DNA of 64,000 nt from Armatimonadota bacterium (GTDB lineage Bacteria; Armatimonadota; SYMT01), in NCBI GenBank assembly GCA_046292385.1, contig JBKBRF010000007.1, forward strand, positions 1 to 64,000, in the 5' to 3' direction. Position numbers and translations under genes: made by a program. This document shows, piece after piece, positions 17,658-27,219 of this stretch (positions are counted from its first letter, which is position 1; each line of letters starts with the position of its first letter). A model generated the notes under the pieces. The model did no database searches. It saw nothing but the letters and a program-made list of their open reading frames with translations, and had not been told where the DNA came from.

Positions 17658-18434
17658 ATGGCAAATCGCGTCGATAAGTCGGGAGGAATGGCCCTGGCAC
17701 CCTGGAAGTGGCTGCTGCTGCCGTGGATGGCGGCGGTGATCTGCATGGCCTACCTGTGGGCCGGAGACCTGCCGCAGTTCCAGTCGCCGCAGACGGCTCG
17801 CATCATCTTCTGGCACGTGCCGATGGCGATGCTCTCGCTGGTCTGGTTCTGGGTCGCCGCGTTCTACTCGTTCCGCTATCTCACCCGCAGGGATGAAATG
17901 GACGACGTCAAGGCGTCCCGGGCGGCGGAGGTAGGGCTGCTGCTCACCGTGCTCGCTACGCTCACCGGCGCCGTCTTCTCCAAGATGCAGTGGGCGGGCG
18001 GCCTGAACAGCCCCTGGTACGAAGGATACTGGCAGTGGGATCCGCAGCAGATCTCGATCCTGCTGGTGATCGTCTACTTCGCGGCCTACTTCGCGCTCCG
18101 GCTCTCGATCGACGACGAGACGCAGCGCGGACGGTTTTCCGCGGTCTACGCCCTGATCGGCGCGGCGGCGGTGCCGTTTATCTACTTTGTGCTGCCGAAG
18201 CTGCCGGTCTTTGGAACCACGATCCACCCGGAGAGCGTCATTCGTAAGGGAATGGACGTTCCGTACCGGGTGACCTACTGGAGCGCCACCTTCGGATTCC
18301 TCGGGATCTCGCTCTGGGCCTACCAGCTCCGCCTGCGGGTGGAAGCGCTCGCGGCGCGGCGCGCGGCAAAGGGAACCCTGATAGAGACGACCACCCGGAC
18401 GGAAGCGGTGCGCAAGCCGGTGACGGAGCCCTGA
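17658..18434 (+). CDS. ccmC: Heme exporter protein C
   Basis: RIIFWHVP, WWD-type WYEGYWQWDP, IHP; alternative start 17688. Confidence 0.88.
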   Translation: MANRVDKSGGMALAPWKWLLLPWMAAVICMAYLWAGDLPQFQSPQTARIIFWHVPMAMLSLVWFWVAAFYSFRYLTRRDEMDDVKASRAAEVGLLLTVLATLTGAVFSKMQWAGGLNSPWYEGYWQWDPQQISILLVIVYFAAYFALRLSIDDETQRGRFSAVYALIGAAAVPFIYFVLPKLPVFGTTIHPESVIRKGMDVPYRVTYWSATFGFLGISLWAYQLRLRVEALAARRAAKGTLIETTTRTEAVRKPVTEP

Positions 18435-18435
18435 G

Positions 18436-18543
18436 ATGGAGATTTATGTCGTCCTCGCGACGAGCCTGATCGTCTGGATTGCGCTGTTTGCCTACATAGC
18501 CCGGGTCGACGCCCGGCTGAAGGACCTGGAGAATCGGGAATGA
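18436..18543 (+). CDS. ccmD: CcmD-like small membrane protein (35 aa, absent from the ORF track)
   Basis: MEIYVVLATSLIVWIALFAYIARVDARLKDLENRE; between ccmC and ccmE, ATGA overlap with ccmE. Confidence 0.8.
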   Translation: MEIYVVLATSLIVWIALFAYIARVDARLKDLENRE

Positions 18544-19010
18544 GCTCGCGAACCGGCAAGAAGCGGAACCTCGTGATGGGGCTGGCCCTGGTGGCGGTCT
18601 GCGCCGTGATCGGCGCGGTGTCGCTCGGCGGCTCCACGAAAGACTCGGTGGCGTTTGCGGAGCTTCCCAAGCGCGCGGGCGAGCCGTGCACCGTCTACGG
18701 CGTGCTGGACGCCCGCTCGATCAAGCCGATCAAGGGGGCCAACCTGGTGGAGTTCACCCTTCTGGAAGAGGAGACCAACCGGCCGCTCAAGGTGGTGTAC
18801 GACAACCCGCGCATCGCCCTGCCGGCCAACTTCCCGAACGCGTCCCACGCCAAGGCGAACGGCACGTACGACCCGGTCGACGGCCGCTTCGAGTGCAACG
18901 AAGTGCTCACCAAGTGCCCGTCCAAGTACGACAAGGGCGACGTGGAGATCGAGCGGGAGCAGCTCACCAAGCAGTGGCAGGCGCAGACCGGCCAGACCGT
19001 TACCAAGTAA
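18540..19010 (+). CDS. ccmE: Heme chaperone CcmE, CxxxY variant
   Basis: N-terminal TM anchor; VLTKCPSKY. Confidence 0.88.
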   Translation: MSSRTGKKRNLVMGLALVAVCAVIGAVSLGGSTKDSVAFAELPKRAGEPCTVYGVLDARSIKPIKGANLVEFTLLEEETNRPLKVVYDNPRIALPANFPNASHAKANGTYDPVDGRFECNEVLTKCPSKYDKGDVEIEREQLTKQWQAQTGQTVTK

Positions 19011-19238
19011 AGAGCCATCCTGGGGAGCGGAGCCGCGCGGCTTTTCCTCCCTGCCTTCCGCGGCCTCCTATCGGAACATCTAACCAGAAGGCGCTTGCTT
19101 TACCCCCGCGCCTGAATCCGATACGCTAGGCGCGGCTTGCGCGGCTGTCCCTCCCGCCCGGGAGGGCGCGCCGACCGATTTACGGTGTGATCTACCCGCG
19201 GGTCAGCCCCGGGGAACGCCGGCGTCCGGAGTTTTATT

Positions 19239-21914
19239 GTGGATCTCTCGCAGCTTCAGTTCTCGTCGCCCTGGCTCGGGCTTCCTGTGACCTTTGGCAA
19301 CCTTGCCATCTGGGCGGGACTCGCCAGCGCGATTACCTGCGTGGTGCTCTACTGGACCGCCATGGTGCGGACCATGCGCCGGCCGGCAGACCCGGAGACC
19401 GCCTCGGAGACCGCCCGGGAAGGCGGTAAGAAGAACGGCAAGCGCGCCGCCTCGGCAGAGGCGGAGACGCCCTACGACCGCCGCACGGAGGCGGTGGGCC
19501 GCTGGGCACGCCGGTTCTTCTACCTCACCTCCGCCTGTATGGTGGTCGGCGCCGTTTCGCTCTGGACCGTCGTGCTCGGCCAGCAGTACACCGTCCAGTA
19601 CGTCTGGAAGAACAGCAACCCGGAGCTCCCGTTCGGCTTCCGGTTCGCGTCGTTCTGGGCCGACCAGGAAGGCACCTTCTTCCTCTGGGGTCTGCTGAAC
19701 GTCATTCTCGGCTCGGTGCTGATCTGGCGGACCCGCGGCGAAGAGCGCTGGGTGATGCCGTTCTTCACGCTGGTGCAGGTCTCGCTCTTCACCCTGCTCG
19801 CCTTCATGAACCCGTTCTGGATTCAGGAAGCGAAGCAGGTCAAGGCGCTGCTGGAGAGCATCCCGGGCGCGCCGGAGAACGTGGCGTCGTTCCTGCCGAG
19901 CACCGGTTGGGACCACACGCTCTACTACTTCGGCTGGGGCAAGTACCTCCACCCGCAGTGGATTACCGCGAACGGTCTGAACGAGCAGCTCCGCAACTTC
20001 TGGATGTGCATCCATCCGCCCACGCTCTTCGTCGGCTACGCGACGATGATGATGCCCGCCTGCTTCGCGATGGCGGCGCTGATGCGGCGGGACTACGACA
20101 GCTGGACCACCAAGGCGGCCCCGTGGCTGGCGTTCGGCTGGGGCGTGCTCGGCTTCGGCATCTTCCTGGGCGCCTACTGGGCCTACGAGACGCTCGGCTG
20201 GGGCGGCTACTGGAGCTGGGACCCGGTGGAGAACTCGTCGCTGCTGCCGTGGCTCGGCGCCACCACGCTGCTGCACGGCCTCCTGGCGCAGCGGGCCCGC
20301 GGCAACTTCAAGCAGGCGAACCTCTTCATCGGGATCACCCTCGGCACCCTCGTGCTGCTCGGCTCCTTCCTGGTGCGCAGCGGCGTGCTGTCGGAGACTT
20401 CCGTCCACTCCTTCGCCACGCCGCAGAAGGCGGTCTTCAACACGCTCCTCGGCGTCCTGGCGCTCTGGTTCGTCCTCAGCCTGGCGATCTGGGTCTGGCG
20501 CTTCAAGGACATCCAGTCCGAGATCGCCTATGAGAACCTCTGGGAGCGCCACTTCGGCTTCTTCCTCGGCCTGATCGTCCTCTCCGCCACCGCCGTGGTG
20601 GTGCTTTTCGGGGTGACGCTGCCGATCTGGAAGCCGTGGATCCCGATGCTGGGCGGTAAGACCAACGTCGACTACACCTTCTACAACAAGGCGCTGCTGC
20701 CGGTGGTCTACGTGATGGTGCTGCTCATGACGCTCACCCCGCTGATGCCGTGGCGGCAGTCGCGGGAGGGTGAGACGCGCATCAAGCCGTTCAGCAAGGT
20801 GATTCTGGGGCTCACCGGCCTGGTGACCGTTTTCTTCGCCTTCGCGGCAGTGCGCGCGTGGCAGGGCGGCTTCCGCACCCACCTCGACAGTCCGCCTTCT
20901 TACGTGAACGACCCGGCCTACATCGCCGTAGGGCTGCTCCTGGCGCTCGGTTTCATCGCCAACGCCGTCTGTCTCAAGCGCGCGGCGCGCGGCGGGTTCC
21001 TCCAGACCGGCGGCTGGGTCACCCACATCGGCTTCCTGGTGATGCTCGCCGGCGTGGTGGTGACGAGCCGCTTCAACACGGTGCACCAGGCGCAGGGCCT
21101 GCAGCCCGGCCAGAGCGCGACGCTGCTGGGGCGGCAGTTCACCTTCATCGGCGAGGAGAAGGGCGACGAGAAAAAGGGCATCCGCGACCGGATGCTGATC
21201 GACATGACGGTGAACGGCAAGACGACCCGCCTCGACCCGCCGGCGTTCATCTCGAACCAGGGTGGCCGTCCGCAGGCGATGGTCTGGCCGGAGATCCTGA
21301 ACGAGTGGATCGGCGGTGCCTGGGGTGACGTCTACGTCGCGCCGATGGGACCGGTCAACCCGCTCGGCGGCACCGTGTTCCTGGAAGGCGTGAAGAGCGG
21401 CGATCCCGAGCCGCAGCTGACGGCGGTACAGCTCCGTGAGGGCAACCCGGAGGAGATCGTCGGGATCCGCGTGCTCGGGTTCGACAACACCGGGCGTGAG
21501 CAGGGCCGCTTCGCCGCGAAGGTGATGCTGAGCGTCAACGGCGTAGAGAGAGAGCTGCTCGCCCCGATGGAGACCGGCCCGCGCGGGCCGGAGCCGGTAC
21601 CCGTGCCGGTAGAAGGGCTGAACCAGGGCACCGGCTACTCGCTGCTGTTCCGGAACGTCGACGCGAACACCGGGAGCTACGACTTCGCGCTGGTGCCGGA
21701 CGAGCCGATCACGCTCGGCTCCTTCCAGGTGCTGCACGTGCCGGGGATCCAGGTGCTCTGGTTCGGGAACTGGATGATGTGGGGCGGCGCCCTGATGGTC
21801 TTCTTCTACCGGCGCAAGCTGGCGCGGAAGGAGGTGCCGGTGAAGGCGGTGGGTGAGCCGGCGCGGGGACCGAAGCCGCCGAAGACGGCGCCCGAGCTGG
21901 CCGGCGCGGAGTAG
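19239..21914 (+). CDS. ccmF: Cytochrome c-type biogenesis heme lyase
   Basis: IHPPTLFVGY, WAYETLGWGGYWSWDPVENSSLLPW, SVHSFA. Confidence 0.93.
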   Translation: MDLSQLQFSSPWLGLPVTFGNLAIWAGLASAITCVVLYWTAMVRTMRRPADPETASETAREGGKKNGKRAASAEAETPYDRRTEAVGRWARRFFYLTSACMVVGAVSLWTVVLGQQYTVQYVWKNSNPELPFGFRFASFWADQEGTFFLWGLLNVILGSVLIWRTRGEERWVMPFFTLVQVSLFTLLAFMNPFWIQEAKQVKALLESIPGAPENVASFLPSTGWDHTLYYFGWGKYLHPQWITANGLNEQLRNFWMCIHPPTLFVGYATMMMPACFAMAALMRRDYDSWTTKAAPWLAFGWGVLGFGIFLGAYWAYETLGWGGYWSWDPVENSSLLPWLGATTLLHGLLAQRARGNFKQANLFIGITLGTLVLLGSFLVRSGVLSETSVHSFATPQKAVFNTLLGVLALWFVLSLAIWVWRFKDIQSEIAYENLWERHFGFFLGLIVLSATAVVVLFGVTLPIWKPWIPMLGGKTNVDYTFYNKALLPVVYVMVLLMTLTPLMPWRQSREGETRIKPFSKVILGLTGLVTVFFAFAAVRAWQGGFRTHLDSPPSYVNDPAYIAVGLLLALGFIANAVCLKRAARGGFLQTGGWVTHIGFLVMLAGVVVTSRFNTVHQAQGLQPGQSATLLGRQFTFIGEEKGDEKKGIRDRMLIDMTVNGKTTRLDPPAFISNQGGRPQAMVWPEILNEWIGGAWGDVYVAPMGPVNPLGGTVFLEGVKSGDPEPQLTAVQLREGNPEEIVGIRVLGFDNTGREQGRFAAKVMLSVNGVERELLAPMETGPRGPEPVPVPVEGLNQGTGYSLLFRNVDANTGSYDFALVPDEPITLGSFQVLHVPGIQVLWFGNWMMWGGALMVFFYRRKLARKEVPVKAVGEPARGPKPPKTAPELAGAE

Positions 21915-21992
21915 GGTGTGAGCGCGGCTGTCGCTGCCGGACGCCAGGGCCATGCGGTCCTGGCGTCCGCGGCATGGGGTGTGGAAAAGAGC

Positions 21993-23294
21993 GTGCGCGT
22001 AGTCCTGACCGGCTTGAGCCATAAGACGGCCCCGGTAGAGCTTCGAGAGAAGCTCTCCCTCTACGGTCGCTCCACCGAGCAGACGCTCCACGGCTTGCGA
22101 GACGCCGCCGGCATGGCGGAGTGCGCGGTCCTGAGCACCTGCAACCGCACCGAGTTCTACGGGATCAGCGCGGACGAGGACTGGCAGGAGCACGTGCTGG
22201 AGCTGACTGCCCGCACCGCCGGCGTCTCCCCCGGCCACCTGCAGGAGCATCTCTACTCCTACGAAGGGACGCCGGCGGTCCGCCACCTCTTCCGGGTCGC
22301 CTCCGGTCTCGACTCGATGGTGCTCGGCGAGGGACAGATCCTCTCGCAGGTCAAGGACGCGCTCCAGACGGCGCAGGAGGCCGGCACCTCCGGGACCGTC
22401 ATCCACGCGCTCTTCCAGCACGCTATCAGCAGTGGAAAGCGCGCCCGCTCCGAGACCGAGATCGGCCGCGGGGCGGTCTCCATCAGCCTCGCCGCGGTCC
22501 AGTTGGCGAAGCAGATCTTCCAGAGCCTGGACGGGCACGTGGTGCTGCTGATCGGCGCCGGGGAGACCGGCGAGCAGACCGCCCGGATGCTGCTGGCGGA
22601 CAACGCCCGGCCGAAGCTGGTCGTCTGCAACCGCACCCAGGAGCGCGCGGAGGCGCTGGCGGCCCAGTACAGCGGGGCAACCGTACCGTATGATCGTCTC
22701 GGCGATGCCCTGGCGCGCGCCGACATCGTGATCAGCTCTACCGGCTCTCCCGAGCCGATCCTGCCGCTGCCGCTGGCCAAACAGGTGATGCGCGCCCGGC
22801 GCGGCCGCCCGATGTTCCTGATCGACATCGCCGTGCCGCGCGACGTCGACCCGGTCGTGGGGGAGCTGGATGACGTCTACCTCTATAACATCGACGACCT
22901 CCAGGAAGTGGTGGAGAAGAGCCGCGCCGGCCGCCAGGCGGAGGCGGAGCGGGTGGAAGGGCTGATCGAGGAAGAGATCCGCAAGTTCCAGAGCTGGTCC
23001 CGCGGGCTGGAGGTGGCGCCGACGATCCGGCAGCTCCAGGAACTGGCGGAGCAGATCATCCGGGGCGAGCACGACCGCGTCGGCGGTCGGCTCTCCCACC
23101 TGAGCCAGCGCGACCAGGACATGGTCGACGCGCTGGTCCGCGGCGTGGTGAACAAGCTGCTGCGCGGGCCGATCGTCCGCCTCAAGCAGGCCGCCGACTC
23201 CGGCAACGGCTACCGGGAAGTGGAGAGTGTCCGCGCGATCTTCGGACTGCACGGCGACGATCCTGCCGCCGCCGACGAGCGGAGGGCGCCATGA
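21993..23294 (+). CDS. hemA: Glutamyl-tRNA reductase
   Basis: GLSHKTAPVELRE, LSTCNRTE, GLDSMVLGEGQILSQVK, IGAGE, IDIAVPRD. Confidence 0.95.
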   Translation: MRVVLTGLSHKTAPVELREKLSLYGRSTEQTLHGLRDAAGMAECAVLSTCNRTEFYGISADEDWQEHVLELTARTAGVSPGHLQEHLYSYEGTPAVRHLFRVASGLDSMVLGEGQILSQVKDALQTAQEAGTSGTVIHALFQHAISSGKRARSETEIGRGAVSISLAAVQLAKQIFQSLDGHVVLLIGAGETGEQTARMLLADNARPKLVVCNRTQERAEALAAQYSGATVPYDRLGDALARADIVISSTGSPEPILPLPLAKQVMRARRGRPMFLIDIAVPRDVDPVVGELDDVYLYNIDDLQEVVEKSRAGRQAEAERVEGLIEEEIRKFQSWSRGLEVAPTIRQLQELAEQIIRGEHDRVGGRLSHLSQRDQDMVDALVRGVVNKLLRGPIVRLKQAADSGNGYREVESVRAIFGLHGDDPAAADERRAP

Positions 23295-24256
23295 AGCTGG
23301 AGACCTTCCTGTTCGGTGCCGCGCTCTTCTGTTACTTCGCCAGCAGCGTCGGCTACCACGCGCATCTCTTCACCGGCAACGAGCGCGCGCGCACCTTCGC
23401 GAACGTGCTGGCGGCGGTCGGCCTGGGGGTCCACACCGGCGGGCTCGGCGTCTGGTGTACCACCCACGAGCTCTCGATCCTGCGCGACCCCGCGATGCCG
23501 TTCGCGCTGGTCGCCTACTTCCTGGCGCTGGTGCAGACGGCGGTCGCCTTCGCGCGCCGGTGGACCGCGCTCGGCTCGCTGGTGATGCCGATCGCCTTCG
23601 TGGCGCTCTTCTACGCGGAGATGCACACACCCGGGAGCACGGTCCAGGCCCCTCCCGCCACGCGGCTGCTCTCACCGCACGTGATGGTGCTGCTGCTCGG
23701 CTTCGCGGCGTTCGCCCTCGCCTTCTGTCTCGCCGTTCTTTACCTGGCGCAGAGCCGCCTGCTGAAGACGAAGCAGGTCCGCGGCGCCTTCAAGCGCCTG
23801 CCGCCGCTGGAGAGCGTGAACAACGCGGCCCACTGGCTCGCCGCGATCGGCTTCTCCATGCTCACGCTCGGGATCATCACCGGCGCCATGGCCGCGCCCC
23901 AGACCTGGGGCCCGCAGTGGTACCTGCACCCCCGCGCCCTGCCCAGCCTGGTCACCAGCGTGGTGGCGTGGTTCATCTACGCCTCCTATCTCGGCACCAG
24001 CGTGCTGCTCGGCTGGCGGGGCCGGAAGACGACCTACTTCCTGATCGCCGGCTTTGTGATGGTGCTGGTGGCGTTCTTCGCCACGCTGGCGCGGCCCAAG
24101 ACCGTCCCGCATCAGAATGCCCGCCACGCGTACGCTCTGGTCGAAGTCCTGCCGTCGAGTGGCGGTTCCGGCGACTCGGGATCAGTCGAGCGGCGCGACT
24201 CGAGATCCGTGAGCGAGGCGCGCAGCCGGAACAGGCAAACGGCGCCGGAGCTATAG
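23291..24256 (+). CDS. Cytochrome c assembly (CcsA/HemX-like) membrane protein
   Basis: About 8 TM helices, LYLAQSRLLK, LPPLE, GWRGRK; hydrophilic C-terminal tail of doubtful origin. Confidence 0.82.
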   Translation: MKLETFLFGAALFCYFASSVGYHAHLFTGNERARTFANVLAAVGLGVHTGGLGVWCTTHELSILRDPAMPFALVAYFLALVQTAVAFARRWTALGSLVMPIAFVALFYAEMHTPGSTVQAPPATRLLSPHVMVLLLGFAAFALAFCLAVLYLAQSRLLKTKQVRGAFKRLPPLESVNNAAHWLAAIGFSMLTLGIITGAMAAPQTWGPQWYLHPRALPSLVTSVVAWFIYASYLGTSVLLGWRGRKTTYFLIAGFVMVLVAFFATLARPKTVPHQNARHAYALVEVLPSSGGSGDSGSVERRDSRSVSEARSRNRQTAPEL

Positions 24257-24258
24257 AC

Positions 24259-26193
24259 ATGGTGCCAGCACGACCGACCTCCGGGCTTCTCACGTTCCGC
24301 GAGCTGTGGCAGCGACTGAACGGAGAAGATGAAGGCACGGAGATCGAAGCAAAACACGGATCGCAGGTGGGAGATTCTGCACTGGAGACCGTGTCCGCCT
24401 TCAGCAACGAGCCGCACCGAGGGGGAGGCTATCTGATCTTCGGCCTGCGTCAACGGCCTGACTGCCTCTTCCCGGACTACGAGCTGATCGGCGTAGACAG
24501 TCCGGAGCGGGTCGTAACGGAGCTTGCCACCCGCTGCAATACGGAATTCAACCACCCGATCCGACCCCGTATCTATCAGGAGCGAGTCTCCGACAAGACG
24601 GTAGTGGTGGCGCATATCGCGGAAGCTCAGCCGCAGCAGAAGCCGGTGTTCATCAAGCGGAAGGGTCAGCAACTCGGGACCTTCCGCCGCATCGGGTCTA
24701 CCGACACGATCTGTTCCGACGAGGACCTGGCCTACTTCTACCAGGAGCAGACGCACCGGACCTACGATGAGACTCTGGTTCCGGACGCCTCGCTAGACGA
24801 TCTGGATCCGGAGATGTTTCAAGAGTACCGCCGGCTGCGGGCGACGGTGAACCCCGGAGCTGCCGAGCTTGGCTACACCGATGCCGAGCTGGCGTACGCC
24901 CTGAATGCGGCGGGACGACGGGATGGACGGCTGGTGCCTACTCTTGCCGGAATCCTCGTCTTCGGCACACGGGCTGCGGTTCGCAGGTTTCTTCTATCCA
25001 TGCGCGTCGACTACATTCGCGTGGAAGGACGGGAGTGGGTTCCCGATCCCCAGAACCGCTACCAGGCTGTAGAGATTCTCGACCCCCTTCTGCGCGCCAT
25101 TCCTCGTGCTATCAGCCAGATCCTGGACGATCTGCCCAAGGCGTTTCATCTCCCTGCCGGTCAGGATCGGCGTCAGGACATCCCGGCAATCCCCCGAGAC
25201 GCGATCCGGGAGGTGGTAGTCAACGCCGTGATGCACCGGACGTACCGGGTGAGAGGGGCGATCCAGATCATCCGCTACGCCAATCGCCTGGAGATCCGTA
25301 ATCCGGGTGTGTCCCTGGTGCCGGACGACCGGCTTGGAGAGCCGGGCTCGATCACGCGAAACGAGAAGATCGCAGCGATCCTGCACGAGACCCAGTATGC
25401 CGAGACGAAAGGGACGGGGATCCGGGCGATCCGGACGCTGATGGACCAATATGGCCTGGCGCCACCTTTCTTCGAATCGGACCGGGTGCGGGATAGCTTC
25501 ACGGCCTATTTCCTGTTCCATCACCTCCTGAGCCCGGACGATCTCGCCTGGCTGGATGGCTTCCGCGACCTCAAACTCTCTCCCGAGGAACAGAAGGCAC
25601 TAGTCTACCTCCGGGAGATCGGCGCGCTCAGCAATGCGTTGTACCGAGCGATCAACCGAGTCGATCCCCAGACGGCGGGTCGTGATCTCTACCGGTTGCG
25701 AGAGCTGCGTTTGCTTCAGCAGCGTGGCCAGGGCCGGGGCACGTACTACGTGGCTACACCGGAGCTTCAGGAGACCTACCTCGACGTAGCACCAGGGCGA
25801 GGTCCGGCAGTCAAATCTGACGAGCTAGAGGCCAAATCTGACGAGCTGGGCGCCAAATCTGACGAGCTGGGCGCCAAATCTGACGAGCTAGGGGCCAAAT
25901 CTGATGACCTCGCGAGCGACAGTCTCCCTCCTGACCTCCTGGTGGCCGTCGCGCAGCTGGCCGGCAAGGCTCCAGAGGCCCGCGTTCGCGCCGCCTTACT
26001 GCAGGCCTGTGCGGTCCGTCCGATGACGGCAGAGGAACTGGGGCGCCTGACCGAAAGGGACCCGCGTTACCTTCGACACCACTACCTGCGCCCCTTGATC
26101 AAGGCAGGGCTGATCCAGTATCGGTTTCCCGAGGAGCCGACCCACCCTTTGCAAGCTTACACAACGGTCGACACTCCATCCCGGAAGGACTGA
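24259..26193 (+). CDS. AlbA_2/Schlafen + HATPase_c_4 (RecG-C-like) + wHTH protein
   Basis: IEAK, ETVSAFSN..GGGYLIFG, REVVVNAVMHRTY, LEIRNPG, RNEKIA, ETKGTGI, GQGRGTYY. Confidence 0.88.
   Translation: MVPARPTSGLLTFRELWQRLNGEDEGTEIEAKHGSQVGDSALETVSAFSNEPHRGGGYLIFGLRQRPDCLFPDYELIGVDSPERVVTELATRCNTEFNHPIRPRIYQERVSDKTVVVAHIAEAQPQQKPVFIKRKGQQLGTFRRIGSTDTICSDEDLAYFYQEQTHRTYDETLVPDASLDDLDPEMFQEYRRLRATVNPGAAELGYTDAELAYALNAAGRRDGRLVPTLAGILVFGTRAAVRRFLLSMRVDYIRVEGREWVPDPQNRYQAVEILDPLLRAIPRAISQILDDLPKAFHLPAGQDRRQDIPAIPRDAIREVVVNAVMHRTYRVRGAIQIIRYANRLEIRNPGVSLVPDDRLGEPGSITRNEKIAAILHETQYAETKGTGIRAIRTLMDQYGLAPPFFESDRVRDSFTAYFLFHHLLSPDDLAWLDGFRDLKLSPEEQKALVYLREIGALSNALYRAINRVDPQTAGRDLYRLRELRLLQQRGQGRGTYYVATPELQETYLDVAPGRGPAVKSDELEAKSDELGAKSDELGAKSDELGAKSDDLASDSLPPDLLVAVAQLAGKAPEARVRAALLQACAVRPMTAEELGRLTERDPRYLRHHYLRPLIKAGLIQYRFPEEPTHPLQAYTTVDTPSRKD
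25810..25914 (+). repeat. In-frame 21-bp tandem repeat x5 (AKSDELG)
   Basis: Consensus GCCAAATCTGACGAGCTGGGC. Confidence 0.95.
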
Positions 26194-26194
26194 G

Positions 26195-27187
26195 TTGAAC
26201 GAAAGAACCCTCCGTATCGCTACGCGCCGCAGCAAGCTCGCCCTGGCCCAGAGCCACTGGATCCAGGCGCAGCTCGAGGCGCGCCACCCCGGGCTGCGGG
26301 TGGAGCTGCGGGAGTATGTCACCCGCGGGGACCAGATCCAGGACGTGCCGCTCCACCAGGTCGGCGGGAAGGGCCTCTTCACCAAGGAGGTGGAGGACGC
26401 GCTGCTCTCCGGTGAGGCGGACCTGGCAGTCCACAGCCTCAAGGATCTTCCCTCCGAACAGCCGGAAGGGCTGATCCTGGCGGCGGTGCCGGAGCGGGAA
26501 GATCCCCGCGACGCGCTGGTGCTGCCGGCGGGTGCTGCGGTGCCCGAGGCGGTATCGATCGATCCGCTGGTTCCCTCTCCCGCGCTGGCGGCGCTTCCCT
26601 CCGGCGCCCGCGTCGGCAGCAGCTCGCTGCGGCGCAGCTCCCAGCTCCTGCACGCGCGCCCGGACCTCCGGGTGGAGAGCGTGCGCGGGAACGTCGACAC
26701 CCGCCTGCGGAAGCTGGACGAGGGGCAGTACGACGTCCTGATCCTCGCCGCGGCGGGCCTCCGGCGGCTGGGGCTGGAGAGTCGCATCTCCGCGCCGCTG
26801 CCGGTGGAGCTGAGTACCCCGGCGCCGGGACAGGGGGCACTCGGAATCGAGTGCCGCGCGGACGACCCGGTGACTCGGGAGCTGCTGGCGGTGCTCGACC
26901 ACGCGCCGACTCGCCACGCGGTGCTCGCGGAGCGCGCGCTGATGGAGGCGTTCGGCGGCGGCTGCTCCATCCCGCTCGGCGGCTACGCGCGGATCGACGG
27001 CGAGGTGATGCACGTCCTCGGGGTGGTCGCCTCCGCGGACGGGAGCTGCGTCTTCCGGGAGGCGACCTCCGGCCGGGTGGAGGAGGCCGCGGAGTTGGGC
27101 CGCACCGTGGCTCGGCAGCTCATCGAGGCGGGCGCGGGCGAGATCATCCGACCGGCGGGAGATGCCGGCGCGGGGAGCCCGGATTGA
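26195..27187 (+). CDS. hemC: Hydroxymethylbilane synthase
   Basis: RIATRRSKLALAQ, GGKGLFTKE, VHSLKD, SSLRR, GGGCSIP. Confidence 0.96.
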   Translation: MNERTLRIATRRSKLALAQSHWIQAQLEARHPGLRVELREYVTRGDQIQDVPLHQVGGKGLFTKEVEDALLSGEADLAVHSLKDLPSEQPEGLILAAVPEREDPRDALVLPAGAAVPEAVSIDPLVPSPALAALPSGARVGSSSLRRSSQLLHARPDLRVESVRGNVDTRLRKLDEGQYDVLILAAAGLRRLGLESRISAPLPVELSTPAPGQGALGIECRADDPVTRELLAVLDHAPTRHAVLAERALMEAFGGGCSIPLGGYARIDGEVMHVLGVVASADGSCVFREATSGRVEEAAELGRTVARQLIEAGAGEIIRPAGDAGAGSPD

Positions 27188-27219
27188 CAGGGCCGCTCCC
27201 GCGGGACGACAATTCCCCC

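Noticed and set aside
19203..23252. 1349-aa minus-strand ORF
   Set aside because: Antisense shadow of ccmF and hemA caused by high-GC codon bias; no motifs.
23227..24258. N-terminal 344 aa of the 988-aa ORF
   Set aside because: Overlaps the ccsA-like gene in another frame; the recognisable protein starts at ATG 24259.
25810..25914. Possible CRISPR array
   Set aside because: Contiguous in-frame tandem repeat without spacers; no repeat-spacer array or cas1/cas2 seen, so the Cas4-like domains are not called CRISPR-associated.
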